This document shows positions 46,132-57,498 of a DNA stretch of 64,000 nucleotides, in pieces. How positions within the stretch are numbered: position 1 is the stretch's first letter; each line of letters begins with the position of its first letter. Under the pieces are notes generated by a model. It was not told where the DNA came from. It did no database searches and worked only from the letters and a program-made list of their open reading frames with translations. The position numbers and the translations under genes were made by a program. Where the stretch lies: positions 32,001-96,000 of IMG/VR virus record IMGVR_UViG_3300032307_000764. One strand, given 5' to 3'. The stretch is from a virus (lineage: Duplodnaviria > Caudoviricetes).

Positions 46132-48315
46132 ATGGCAAAAACACCGTTCATAAGACCGATAGCAGTACAAGGAGGTACATTTTATACCTTCTCTTCTGCT
46201 GCAGAGGATCTAACTTTAACTTTTAATAATTCATTAAAAAAGTTTACTTTCTCTAAGTATGCTCTTTTAAAATTACCAGAGTTTGGTAGTCCGACTTACG
46301 GAGAAAATACTTTACAATTTAATGCCATAGATACTACATTTATCGATGCTGCAGATGGTGATTTTATTTTGTCTAATCCTAATAATTTAAGTCCTTCTCC
46401 AGAAATATCTTTCCAGAACTACTGCTTAAATTTAGAATCGACAATAATATCTGATCCTAATTATAATCCAGAATTAAAAAGAAATGTATCTGAGAGGGTA
46501 TTTTGGAAATGGGTAAAGGAATTAGGAGGCGTTAGATACAGATCTGCAAATACAAATGAGGTAGTTGCATCTTTAAATCAAACCACTACAACAACTGTTA
46601 ACGGATATCCTTATTCTGATAAGAGATGGGTAGAGGAAGACACTTTACTAACAGGTAACGGAACACCTACACCAAGATACGAAAGAATAGTACAGTATAT
46701 AGGAGATATAGATGTTGTTAACTCTGTACAGAATCAGGCTAATGCTTATTCTGAGGTTTATATACATGTACCAACTTCCGATGGAGCAACCCCGTATGTT
46801 TTATTTAAGACTGTTGCGGACGAAAATTATTATCCAGACAGAACATGGACACATAACCCTCCAGACCCAACAGATACTGAATACATTCAAGGTAGAGACG
46901 CAGCAAGCGGTTTATACGGACCTAACGGTCTACCTAAACTTGCTATATTTGACCAGGATGTTTTAGGAGATCCTGGAGTTAGTGGATCTTCTGCTACTGG
47001 ATCATTTAGTAATAACTGGTATTCCCCGAGGGACGAAGCAAATTCTTATTTTAGTGATCCTTCTTTCTTTGATGGTACTAACTACGAATTAGAAAAATAT
47101 TTATCAGCTTCCGGTCCTGCAGGATATTCAGTAACGTATAAAAGAAGTAACCTTGACGGGGTTCAGATAGATTTCGATCCTAGCTCTTATAAAGCTATAC
47201 AGAGCTATGTAGGTATATCAACTATAGAAGAATGGAACGGTACACCTACAACAACTTCATTCGAATTTAATGCAGTTCTTGTTTATTATAATGTTTACGA
47301 TCCGAATAACCCTACAGATTATGAAACTAATCTTTATGGAATTTTATTCTTAAATGATCCTGAACCAGTATCAACAAATGCTTCTAAATTACCTTCTTTT
47401 AAGAAATTTAAGCCAGATCCAATTACCAAATTAAATGGTAATTCATACGGATTTAAAATAAATCTAAAGTTTGATACTGACGTAGAAAGTACGGGGGTTG
47501 AACAGGCTATTAATGACTATTCTTCTTTCTCTCTTTCTATATTTATGGACGCAGCAACAGTTTTACAAGATGCTGCTAAAAACTTAAATGATAGAACATT
47601 GGAGATTATAAATCTCCAGGATCAAATAAATGCTTTAACAGATCTTGTTATTAATACCGAAGATAGTTCGGAAATAAAATCAAGATTAACGGTAGTTGAA
47701 GATTCTTTACAAGCTAATCAGGCGTTATTTGATAACACACAGGATATTCTAAGTTTAATAGAAAAGAATAGTGATGATATTAACGATATTTTACAAAATC
47801 AAACATCGGTTCAAATGTCTTACAACCTTGATCTTTTAAAAGACGGGGACGGTACAGCTGTTGATAGAACTACTCCTAATATTTTAAGAGTTGATGTAAC
47901 TCAGCAAGATTATAACATATCTCAAAATTCAGTATTTACTATAAATCCGGTAGCGGGAAATACATTGCCACTTGTTCTTTATACTAATTATTTAAAACAC
48001 AAGAACAACGGTATTTCTATTACTGCTAATAACGATATAGTTATTAAGATTGATGATAGCTTAAATAAATGGAAAAAAGGACAGGTTTTAAGATTAGTTA
48101 TAGGTGATGATATAGATCTTGGGAATTATTCTCTTGTAGTTTTAACAGATGCTCTTGGAGTATATCCTACTGGAACCCCTTCAGGAGTACCATACTCAAC
48201 TGTAGTTGCTGGATTTGTTAATTCACAATTCTCTAGCTCTTCGTATAAGCCTATCTTTGATATAGTTTGTATCGATGATGTCAATTTAACTTTTGAAGTA
48301 GACCAAATAAAATAA
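46132..48315 (+). CDS. Putative virion structural protein with a coiled-coil segment
   Basis: 727 aa in the structural operon; heptad-like LQDAAKNL...LQANQ region. Confidence 0.6.
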   Translation: MAKTPFIRPIAVQGGTFYTFSSAAEDLTLTFNNSLKKFTFSKYALLKLPEFGSPTYGENTLQFNAIDTTFIDAADGDFILSNPNNLSPSPEISFQNYCLNLESTIISDPNYNPELKRNVSERVFWKWVKELGGVRYRSANTNEVVASLNQTTTTTVNGYPYSDKRWVEEDTLLTGNGTPTPRYERIVQYIGDIDVVNSVQNQANAYSEVYIHVPTSDGATPYVLFKTVADENYYPDRTWTHNPPDPTDTEYIQGRDAASGLYGPNGLPKLAIFDQDVLGDPGVSGSSATGSFSNNWYSPRDEANSYFSDPSFFDGTNYELEKYLSASGPAGYSVTYKRSNLDGVQIDFDPSSYKAIQSYVGISTIEEWNGTPTTTSFEFNAVLVYYNVYDPNNPTDYETNLYGILFLNDPEPVSTNASKLPSFKKFKPDPITKLNGNSYGFKINLKFDTDVESTGVEQAINDYSSFSLSIFMDAATVLQDAAKNLNDRTLEIINLQDQINALTDLVINTEDSSEIKSRLTVVEDSLQANQALFDNTQDILSLIEKNSDDINDILQNQTSVQMSYNLDLLKDGDGTAVDRTTPNILRVDVTQQDYNISQNSVFTINPVAGNTLPLVLYTNYLKHKNNGISITANNDIVIKIDDSLNKWKKGQVLRLVIGDDIDLGNYSLVVLTDALGVYPTGTPSGVPYSTVVAGFVNSQFSSSSYKPIFDIVCIDDVNLTFEVDQIK

Positions 48316-48321
48316 GATAAA

Positions 48322-51300
48322 ATGTCAGGTACAAAAAATTCATTCTCATCTTTAATAGCTCAATTTCTAAGAATTCAGAAGAATTCTATGGAAATAGTTA
48401 ATAAGCTAAATGAGGTAACGACATCTTCTAAAGATTCTGTAGAGATAGAATTCTTGATGGACGATAACACGTCACAAAACATTCAAGTTCCATCGTACGG
48501 ATTTTTAAAATCGGAGATCAATAGATTAGATCAAAATGTCCAGGCATTATCTGGTTTGGAGAACAATACAGCAAATATTAGAAAATCCGATGGTACTGTT
48601 GCTAAAATTTATCAAGCAACCGTATTAAAAGATCCTGCATCTCCTACAAGCTTACAGGTTCCTTCAACTTTTCAAGCTAGAAATAATTGGTTCTTCGAAT
48701 CTTTTTTAAATCCTTTACTTTACATCTCTATAGATGTTGAGAATCAAATACCTGCAAATGCAGAGAAGGTTTTTGTTAAAAGAATAATAGCAAATACTCA
48801 ATCTGATGTACAGAAACAATATTTTGATAACAATTTAAAAGGAAGAAACGATTTAAGTGATAGTGACTTTATAGCAGCTTTAGAAAGTCAAGGTATCCAA
48901 TACTTTACTGACGAGCAAATAAACGATCTAGAGCTAAGAACAATACGTTATACTGGATCATTTGGGGTTCTTAATATATTCGATGAGGAAACACAAACTA
49001 CTGAGAATGGAATCACTACAACTAATACAATAAGAAAGTATAAATTAAATACTTTAAGATATACTGATACCCTTGCAAACACGGCTAATTCGAGAACTCT
49101 TACTAAAGGTGATACTTTAATTACTTCTGGAGGTACTAAATATGAAATCAGTTCTATTGACTCCACCTCTCAAACGGTTGTATTAAAAAGATTGTTTGGC
49201 TTTGATGCTATACAAATAGGAAGCAATTCACTGACAATTTATTCTAACGTATTATCTGATAGAACTGTCGATGTTAATGTCGGATATGACGAAAGAGAAG
49301 CTATTTTTATTAAATCTATCGATGCTGATTTTAACGTAGCTTCTAGTAGTTATAGTCCAGGTGTTTGCTTTTGGTCTAATGAATTACAGATAAACACATC
49401 AGATGGTGTCAAAACACTGGATTCTTTTTATAAATCACAGGTCTCTGACTTTGGTAAAATATTTATAGCTTCTGCAAAAGAAAATGTGATACCTGCTGTT
49501 TACGGACAAACACCGAGTGCACCTTCTGTTTCAGCATCAAACTTTAAGGTAGTTAAGATCAATTCACAGATTACTGATTCTAAAGAAAACGGGGAATTTA
49601 AGAATAAGATACAAGTTAAGACCTCTATTAAGAATGAGATCTCATCTATAGATAAAGCTATAGATCAGACGAGAAAACAACTTAACGAATTAACAACTAA
49701 ATCCACTGCTAAAACTCCCACAGCTGAGTTTAAAAAGCTAAATGATAAGTTAGTATCACTCACTAAAGATAAAGCAAATAGAACTGATCTTTTAGCTACT
49801 ACGATTACTGACATCAATAATTTAACAGTAACAACTCCGGAATTAACTCAGGCACCTATTTATAGGGTCAGAGGTTTTTGGCCTATTCCTGCACCTATCG
49901 TTGATCCTAAAACGGGAGAACAAAACATTGTACAATTTAATGTTAGATATAGATATCTTTCGTTAACTGGTAATTCTACTGGAACAACTCAGATAGATTA
50001 TATTGACAATGACGGTGTTCAAAAACCTGGTCAATTTACAAACTGGACTCAATTTGTAACTGATTTAAGAAAGAAAGAATATGATCCTAATACTGGAACA
50101 TACATTTGGAAGATAGAAGATGTTAGTGATGCTAACACTGTTAACATTAACCAATTGGATATTCCAATTACTAAGGGCGAAAAAGTAGAAATCCAGGTAC
50201 AGTCTATTTCGGAAGCTGGATGGCCAACTAACCCTTTAACTTCTGCATGGTCAACATCTGCAATTGTAGAATTTCCTGCAGATCTAAGTGTTCAGGTTGA
50301 TAACAGAGCTTACATTGCTCAAAACGAATCTGATAAAGCTTTAGTTCAAATCCAAGGTGATTTACAAGCTAAAGGATTGGATCAGCATTTATCTACCTCC
50401 TTTACCTCTGGAGACAAATATTATGCTCATACTACTTCCGCTATAGCATCAGGATTTTTCGATGCTTCAGGAACTGCTATAGATCTTTTCCAGAAATTAA
50501 CACAGATCGATAACGAATTACAGTCATTAAGAGCATTGGTTGCAAAAGCAAAAGGAACTTTAGGAGTTTATATAAGAAGCGGAAGCACAACAAACAAGAT
50601 AAATCCAGGAAGTACAGTAAATCTTTTTGCAGGATATTACGATCAGCTTATTGATTTATCAAATCCTAGTAACCAAGGAAAGATTGCTACTGTTATCTAT
50701 TATCTAGAATTAAGAAACGAAGCAGCTACTCCTTTAGAACTTTCATCACTAATTGCTGGGGGACAATCAGTTAAAGCCCCAACTACAATTAGTGGATTAA
50801 CTGATTATAACAATAACAGGAAGTACGGGGATACACCAATACAACTATCAGGTATAACTGCTGCTGCAGTTCCAGTAGGAACCCCAGCTACTCCAGGATC
50901 TTTTATACAGGCTTCAGGATATCAAAGTGCAAACGCATACTCGCAATTCATCTACCCTAGATACAAAAGTGTAGGACTAGATGAGGATCTATATTTTGAT
51001 CCACTAACGAGCGGTACTGGATGGAATATTTCGAACGGATCTTCTGTTAGCGGTGTTAATTATCCTATAAACCAATATGGTATTATTATGCCTTTTAATC
51101 CTTCAACAACTACTGTTACAGGATCAGGTCCTAATCCTAATATATGGAATGGGTCTTATTCGACATCTACACCTACTGGAAATGGAAATCTTAATGAATT
51201 CTGTATACACATTTCACACCCTGATATAAATGATTCGAATGGTAATACTTTCCCTGATTTAGAAACACCTAACGTTCTTTCGGGAGGGCCTATGAAGTAT

Positions 51301-51837
51301 CCTTCATTTAGACATGCTTTAGGATTTGAGGTAGATACTTCAATAACATCTTCGGTTACCACTAGCGGTCAAACTCTTTCTACACAGCAGCTAAAATATT
51401 ATGGACCTAATTCTACCAGTTCTTTTGGAACCGATGATAATGCTTACCCTAGTAAATTAGGTTTTATTGATTCTGACGAGTATTTATGCGGTAAATATTC
51501 TTGCGGATCTTACCTATTTTTATCTCCTACAGATCATTCTGCAATACAGATAGAGGGATCAACACAGCTTGCTAAGAAGACTCTGAATTTTGGACAGGAA
51601 AATGCGATTACTGTACCTTTAATTTTCCAAATGAGAGCTCAAGATAAACTTGGGTTTATTGGAGGTTGGAGAGCGGCAGGAAATCTTAAGAATATTACTT
51701 ACAGTAAAAAAGTGGGAATAGATATACAAGTTAGGAATGAGGATTTATTTTCATTTGACGTCCTTGTAACAGGAAGCTACACTAAAACATCTTTAGTTTC
51801 TCCTGCTTATTCGCAGACTGTAATAACTAATAAGTAA
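48322..51837 (+). CDS. Putative virion structural protein (coiled coil plus FN3-like domain)
   Basis: 1171 aa; coiled coil KNEISSIDKAI...LNDKLVSL; FN3-like VQFNVRYR...IQVQSISEAG...SAWS. Confidence 0.6.
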   Translation: MSGTKNSFSSLIAQFLRIQKNSMEIVNKLNEVTTSSKDSVEIEFLMDDNTSQNIQVPSYGFLKSEINRLDQNVQALSGLENNTANIRKSDGTVAKIYQATVLKDPASPTSLQVPSTFQARNNWFFESFLNPLLYISIDVENQIPANAEKVFVKRIIANTQSDVQKQYFDNNLKGRNDLSDSDFIAALESQGIQYFTDEQINDLELRTIRYTGSFGVLNIFDEETQTTENGITTTNTIRKYKLNTLRYTDTLANTANSRTLTKGDTLITSGGTKYEISSIDSTSQTVVLKRLFGFDAIQIGSNSLTIYSNVLSDRTVDVNVGYDEREAIFIKSIDADFNVASSSYSPGVCFWSNELQINTSDGVKTLDSFYKSQVSDFGKIFIASAKENVIPAVYGQTPSAPSVSASNFKVVKINSQITDSKENGEFKNKIQVKTSIKNEISSIDKAIDQTRKQLNELTTKSTAKTPTAEFKKLNDKLVSLTKDKANRTDLLATTITDINNLTVTTPELTQAPIYRVRGFWPIPAPIVDPKTGEQNIVQFNVRYRYLSLTGNSTGTTQIDYIDNDGVQKPGQFTNWTQFVTDLRKKEYDPNTGTYIWKIEDVSDANTVNINQLDIPITKGEKVEIQVQSISEAGWPTNPLTSAWSTSAIVEFPADLSVQVDNRAYIAQNESDKALVQIQGDLQAKGLDQHLSTSFTSGDKYYAHTTSAIASGFFDASGTAIDLFQKLTQIDNELQSLRALVAKAKGTLGVYIRSGSTTNKINPGSTVNLFAGYYDQLIDLSNPSNQGKIATVIYYLELRNEAATPLELSSLIAGGQSVKAPTTISGLTDYNNNRKYGDTPIQLSGITAAAVPVGTPATPGSFIQASGYQSANAYSQFIYPRYKSVGLDEDLYFDPLTSGTGWNISNGSSVSGVNYPINQYGIIMPFNPSTTTVTGSGPNPNIWNGSYSTSTPTGNGNLNEFCIHISHPDINDSNGNTFPDLETPNVLSGGPMKYPSFRHALGFEVDTSITSSVTTSGQTLSTQQLKYYGPNSTSSFGTDDNAYPSKLGFIDSDEYLCGKYSCGSYLFLSPTDHSAIQIEGSTQLAKKTLNFGQENAITVPLIFQMRAQDKLGFIGGWRAAGNLKNITYSKKVGIDIQVRNEDLFSFDVLVTGSYTKTSLVSPAYSQTVITNK

Positions 51838-51846
51838 AATTGAAAA

Positions 51847-54800
51847 TTGGCAAGGAAGATAATAAAACAAACGGCTTCTTTTGGAGTACTAAGAGCAAAT
51901 CCGAGAATATCTGGTAACGTAAAAATTACCGTAGATTCTAATAGTGATATATGGCTAAATTCCATAGATTCTAACCCAGAGATGTCCAATCGTGCCTATA
52001 AGGCATTTAGAATCACGACTGAGTCAACTTTTGATAAGGATTTATATAACTTTTTTAACGAAGGTAAAACTCCAACACAATTTGTATTTGGATTGGTTGG
52101 CGAGGACTCACCGGTACAGAATCAATTAAACGACCTTTCTCAGGTTTATAATTTTACTTATAGTTCTGGGGTTAGTCCTTTAATATCTGATAGCTACTCA
52201 GAAGATTTCTCTTATCTTGCACCTCTATGGTTAGGAAGTGATATACCTGACTATTTTGTAATATTTAAAGTCAATGATCCTATAGATTATTCTTATCAAG
52301 TGCCAGTAACAACACTAGAAATAGGAAAGACATATAAAGTATTACAAGATCCATCGGTTGATATTAATTCATCTGGATATGCTCCATATCAAGTATCCAG
52401 TGGATCTGTTACATATACGGATGGACAGGTTTTTACTGCTACTGTATCAACATTTACTATTTTACAAGGACAGGGAATCGTTACATTAATGGATCCTTTA
52501 TATAATTTGGCAAATGTTGAGAATTCTTCAGATCATTTTTACGATAAGATATTACCTAAGTCAACAGCAGTTGCTACTTTCGATCTAACTGAGAATTCTA
52601 ATATCGGTAAATATCTAAGAAAAATAAAAAATTCTTCAGGATTTAGCGAGAGCTTAATTGATGTTAGATTCGAGGAAGGACAACTTACAACATTTAATGG
52701 AGTAAATTACCAATCTGGTGTTTTTGATAAAAAAGGAGACTATCTTTTAGATTACTATCAAAATCCAGAAACACAAATAGCATTTGAAGATTTCGTAACT
52801 GATGGGTTTAGATCTAATGGAATAATTAGTTGTAAATTATTAAATCTTGAATTTTTATTCAGTGACGTCGAGGCTAAAGATTATACAATTAATAGATACT
52901 TCGGACTTTATGTTAATGCAGCCGAAATGGCAAGCTTTAAGCTGAGTGGTGATGCCTTATACAAAAGTTTAGGATCTTCTGGTAACACTCCAGTGCCTCA
53001 AAGAAATGATAAGGGATATTTTTATCAGGATACAAAATATTATCAATATAACGATAATGGAGTTAGACTTTATGTAGATCCTAATTATATCTCCGGGGTT
53101 CTTCCTAGTTCTTACGATGTAAATGTTTTAGAGTCAACAAAATTATTTTGGATAAAAGATAAAAACGGAAGCTTCCATTCTTTGAAAAGATCAGATACCT
53201 ATTCAATATCTCCTCAATCTAATGGATCTGATTATGGATTATCTGGTACTGAAAATCAGTTAGTTATACAAGACACATCCGTAGATATTTCTCTTTTTAC
53301 TGGAAAAGACGAAGCCACTAAAAAACAATACCCTGGTGCAACCACTGGAGATAAAGGTAGGGGATATTCTGTAATAAGAATAGGATCAAGCTTAATCTCT
53401 AGTTACGAGGACTGCTTTGTTTTTTATAATCCATTAGGATTTTACGGTAATCCTGGAGGTAAATATGATTTAATTAAGGCATCAGATTTATCTTCTGTAG
53501 TAGACGAATGGATTCCAGGTAGCTATTATTCTCAAGATGGAGCTTATTATTATAACCCTTTAGGTACTCCTGAGGAAGTCGCTAAATCTTTATCTGGGGT
53601 TTTTAATAGTTTTAATTATAATTCATTCGAAGCTTTTCAAAGCGGTGATGAAGTAGTTATAAGAACAAGAGCAACAGGTACACAGGAAAATACCAAATAT
53701 TATTTAGACTTTTTCCAAGATTTTACTAATTCTCAAAGAATGCCTAATTCTAGAAGAGGAATAGTTTTTATTAACGAAAAAGATGTATGTGATATAAATC
53801 AAAGACAGTCTTTCTTAGGAGGATCCAATTATTCTAATACGAGAGTTAAAGTAAAAATAGAAGATGCTAACAAGATAGAGGTTGGAAAAACTTTTATTGA
53901 GACTGTAAGAAATACATCAACAGATACTTATAGTGGGCTTCCTGAATATTCAAATAAATCAGCTTCAGTAGTAGTAGGGAAATATAGATTTATAGATCAA
54001 TACGCAAAAGATGAAAACGGGACAATAATAGGACTTAAGGATTTTGAAACACACGCTACTTTAGAAATAGCTAACTTCACTGAAAGTATTTCCTTAGGGT
54101 CATCAAGCAATATATCAGCTTTTAATACATTTGATATCGATCTTGGTATTTTTTCTTTCTATGGATTAAGAGAATTAGATACAGACTTCTGGTATAGCCA
54201 ATACGGTTATACACCAACACAAGAATATTATAAATATTTAGACGTACAACCTGAGGGGGTTACTAAAATAATTCCTGGAAAATCTTACTTTGTTTCTTCT
54301 GGAACAGAGATATCTTATGATATTTATAGCTCTATATCGGGTCCTACTTTTTTTGAAGGAGTTGCTGGGTCTGATTCTTATACTCTTATAACTTCTTCAA
54401 CTGGTGCTGAATCTAATGTTTTTCCTACATTAAATTCTAGGGGTAATATAACATCTGGTGTAACAGTTTCTAATTTCGATAATGCTTTCTACCCAGACCT
54501 AGATGCTTTCCCGGGATTTTACGGGATACAATCCCTACAATTTATTAATAACCAGATAGGTATAGATACAAAATATCAACAGCTAAATTTCGGTAAATTA
54601 GATTCAGAATATGATTATACACAGGATAATTACAATCCTGATTATGCTATAAATAGTAGAGTAAGCCCGTATATTACTAAATGGGTTTATAGAGGGGGAA
54701 CAGATATCAGAGGTAATGGATATAGGTTAAACGCAAACGTTGCTTTTAGTCCTCTTAATTTTTCTCCTAGTTTTTTTAGAAGAACACAAGATCCTCAGTA

Positions 54801-57456
54801 TTTTACTCACGAATGGTACCAGTTACAAAAACCACCTTATTCTTTACCTGAAGAAAATTTACATAAGGATAAAAGTTATTTAGCAGGAGAGATTAATCTT
54901 AATGATCTTTATGATGCTAATCCTTCGCTAAGAGATTATTTCTTAGATTACTTTTCAATAGAGGGTGAGGACTTTGTTAATTATTATACAGGAAGTAATA
55001 CTGTAGAAAATATAGACCTAACTGAAAGATATACTGTTTTCAATTACAATACAGGGAATGGCTTTTCTGAAACTTTATTCAGAGGTGCTAAAGCTAGAAT
55101 AAAAAGAACATTTACTGATTATGCTCAAGGAGAATCAGTAAAATATATAAACGACGATAGATTTTATGAGGGATATAAATTCTCATGTGTTATTATACCT
55201 GTTGAAAATATAAAAGATGAAATACAAGCTCCTGTTAAGATAGAAATAGTAGAAAATAGGACTTTTAAAAATATAACTTTTGTTGTTAAGGTTCTTATAG
55301 ATGATATGAGAGCATTAAATTTTGAGGAGATTAGTCCAGATAATCAGTATTTAGATCTAGATTATTTTTTACTATATTCCTTAAAGGATAAATTAGATAA
55401 GCAATTCTCTCCTATATCCTCTTCGCCATCTTGGCTTCCTAGCTCTTTGATAGAATTACCTAAAGTCGGTGATGTTAAACTATCATCTGCACTAAATATA
55501 ACATCAGTTCCTAACCAGCAGGGATTATTCTCTGCTGTAAATAATGGAACATTAGGACAGCAAGGAGTAATATATTCTATAGATAATCCTGAATATGAAT
55601 CAGATTTAAGGGACGAAATTAACTTTACTTATTTGCCTTCTACTATACCTACTTCTGGTAGCTCAGTTGGACCAGGATCTTTCTATGGATTGGTAGGTCC
55701 TACAGGAACTACTGGGGGTTATACATTGCCTTTCCCTACCGGGGTTGGGCAGGATTTTATAAATTTTACTAGCACAGATTCTTTCTATTTCTTTAACTTT
55801 AATGATATAGGATTACCAGGTCCATTAAACGTTCCTACACTTGCTAATTACAATACAGTTTCTAATATACCTGTGTATCAGAGAGAAGGAGGAAAAGGAT
55901 ACTGGAGTAAGGTATTAGAGAAGATATCTTTTGCTAATCTATCCTTTTGGGTAAATACTGGGTATCCTTATATAGAATACAAATCTTACGTTTGGAACGA
56001 AACAACTAAAACAACTGATCTATTAAATGACCAGTTTGTTATTGAATTTTTACAACCATCAGCTTTTGAACAAAATACTATATTAATAACTGAGGAAGTA
56101 ACAAATAAGCCTCCGGAGTTTTCTGCAACTAATGTAGGATATACAGTTTCTGAAGTTTCTGGACAAACAGAGCTTTACAGATATAGCGGGGAATACGTTC
56201 CTAGCTTTAGAGAGATATTAAAATTTGAGAATGTTAAATATGATGGTCCTTTATGGACTGTACCCGATTACTATACATTCTCTGTTAAAGTTGTGTCTAA
56301 AACAGTAAGTTCTATCAATTACGATCTAGGATCTAACTATTGCTACGAGATAAACGGAACAATCCAAAATAAGATAACTTTAGTAAAAGGTATAACTTAT
56401 TATTTTGATCTTAGTGATCCGTCTAATTTAAACAATCAGATATATTTCTCCGAAAGTAATATAGGAAATAACTTTTCAATCGACGGGATTACTCAGGGAT
56501 ATACCCTATTTGGAACACCAGGAACTCCTGGATCATATGTACAATTCGATGTTCCTTACGATCTTCCAACAACGGTCTATTATGTTTCTAACGGAGACAA
56601 ATATATGGGTAACTCTATTAAGTCTATAGACCCTATAGAATATTCTTATTGCTCTTTTGGTCCTTATAGAGACGATTTCGGTAAGGTTAAAAATGTAAAT
56701 TATTATAAGTATTCAACTCAATGGATATACGGGATAGGGAAAGACTCTCCTTATAATCCTATTTATAATTTAATAAACGAAACACCAGTGGATAAAAGGG
56801 ATCTTTCACTGTTTGAAAGTTCTTGGGATCCTGGATTTTATAGACAATATACTTCACCTACAGCTTATACAAGCTTACCTGGTACTAGAAGTATGAAAGA
56901 AGAAAAATCTTTCTTCGGAAGTAAAGTAATGCAAACGCCTGATACTATAAATTCTCAAAAACAGATAGTTTATCCTAATTCTTTAGATGGAGTTCTTGAT
57001 CTAAATTATGACAATTACCCTAACTATGAGATATTATGGGAAAATACATCTACTGAGATCAAGGGTGTTTTGCTAATGGATAGAATGATAACTAGATATT
57101 TCCTAGAAAATGGAGGTAAACAAACTTTTGATCAATTTATAATTCCTGAATTTGGATTTGGCTCGTTGACTGATGTTAACGATGACTTCTCCGAATATAT
57201 GAAATTAAACGTTATTCCAATATTCCAATCTAAGAATAATGGATCATACCTGAAGAAAGTTCCGGTAGCAAATCCCGAATCACTAACACCTATAATAGGT
57301 AATTTACAGGATTATCAAAAATTAATCAATGGATATTACCCTTCACAGGATATTAGATACACCAAAGTAAATGAGTTAAGATATGAATTTAGGATACCTA
57401 AGGATCCTTCATTCAACTATTCATTAGCTTTTTCTATACAAATTGGAAAAATTTAA
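51847..57456 (+). CDS. Large putative virion structural protein
   Basis: 1869-aa uninterrupted ORF with a TTG start; Tyr/Phe/Asn/Ser-rich; contains a phage fibre-type module near 56370-56620. Confidence 0.7.
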   Translation: MARKIIKQTASFGVLRANPRISGNVKITVDSNSDIWLNSIDSNPEMSNRAYKAFRITTESTFDKDLYNFFNEGKTPTQFVFGLVGEDSPVQNQLNDLSQVYNFTYSSGVSPLISDSYSEDFSYLAPLWLGSDIPDYFVIFKVNDPIDYSYQVPVTTLEIGKTYKVLQDPSVDINSSGYAPYQVSSGSVTYTDGQVFTATVSTFTILQGQGIVTLMDPLYNLANVENSSDHFYDKILPKSTAVATFDLTENSNIGKYLRKIKNSSGFSESLIDVRFEEGQLTTFNGVNYQSGVFDKKGDYLLDYYQNPETQIAFEDFVTDGFRSNGIISCKLLNLEFLFSDVEAKDYTINRYFGLYVNAAEMASFKLSGDALYKSLGSSGNTPVPQRNDKGYFYQDTKYYQYNDNGVRLYVDPNYISGVLPSSYDVNVLESTKLFWIKDKNGSFHSLKRSDTYSISPQSNGSDYGLSGTENQLVIQDTSVDISLFTGKDEATKKQYPGATTGDKGRGYSVIRIGSSLISSYEDCFVFYNPLGFYGNPGGKYDLIKASDLSSVVDEWIPGSYYSQDGAYYYNPLGTPEEVAKSLSGVFNSFNYNSFEAFQSGDEVVIRTRATGTQENTKYYLDFFQDFTNSQRMPNSRRGIVFINEKDVCDINQRQSFLGGSNYSNTRVKVKIEDANKIEVGKTFIETVRNTSTDTYSGLPEYSNKSASVVVGKYRFIDQYAKDENGTIIGLKDFETHATLEIANFTESISLGSSSNISAFNTFDIDLGIFSFYGLRELDTDFWYSQYGYTPTQEYYKYLDVQPEGVTKIIPGKSYFVSSGTEISYDIYSSISGPTFFEGVAGSDSYTLITSSTGAESNVFPTLNSRGNITSGVTVSNFDNAFYPDLDAFPGFYGIQSLQFINNQIGIDTKYQQLNFGKLDSEYDYTQDNYNPDYAINSRVSPYITKWVYRGGTDIRGNGYRLNANVAFSPLNFSPSFFRRTQDPQYFTHEWYQLQKPPYSLPEENLHKDKSYLAGEINLNDLYDANPSLRDYFLDYFSIEGEDFVNYYTGSNTVENIDLTERYTVFNYNTGNGFSETLFRGAKARIKRTFTDYAQGESVKYINDDRFYEGYKFSCVIIPVENIKDEIQAPVKIEIVENRTFKNITFVVKVLIDDMRALNFEEISPDNQYLDLDYFLLYSLKDKLDKQFSPISSSPSWLPSSLIELPKVGDVKLSSALNITSVPNQQGLFSAVNNGTLGQQGVIYSIDNPEYESDLRDEINFTYLPSTIPTSGSSVGPGSFYGLVGPTGTTGGYTLPFPTGVGQDFINFTSTDSFYFFNFNDIGLPGPLNVPTLANYNTVSNIPVYQREGGKGYWSKVLEKISFANLSFWVNTGYPYIEYKSYVWNETTKTTDLLNDQFVIEFLQPSAFEQNTILITEEVTNKPPEFSATNVGYTVSEVSGQTELYRYSGEYVPSFREILKFENVKYDGPLWTVPDYYTFSVKVVSKTVSSINYDLGSNYCYEINGTIQNKITLVKGITYYFDLSDPSNLNNQIYFSESNIGNNFSIDGITQGYTLFGTPGTPGSYVQFDVPYDLPTTVYYVSNGDKYMGNSIKSIDPIEYSYCSFGPYRDDFGKVKNVNYYKYSTQWIYGIGKDSPYNPIYNLINETPVDKRDLSLFESSWDPGFYRQYTSPTAYTSLPGTRSMKEEKSFFGSKVMQTPDTINSQKQIVYPNSLDGVLDLNYDNYPNYEILWENTSTEIKGVLLMDRMITRYFLENGGKQTFDQFIIPEFGFGSLTDVNDDFSEYMKLNVIPIFQSKNNGSYLKKVPVANPESLTPIIGNLQDYQKLINGYYPSQDIRYTKVNELRYEFRIPKDPSFNYSLAFSIQIGKI

Positions 57457-57472
57457 TGAGGTGTGAATTTTT

Positions 57473-57480
57473 GATATATA
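57473..57480 (+). promoter_or_regulatory. Putative late promoter GATATATA
   Basis: Exact octamer in the 42-nt gap, 18 nt before the fibre ATG. Confidence 0.5.
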
Positions 57481-57498
57481 ATAGAACTATAACTAGAG

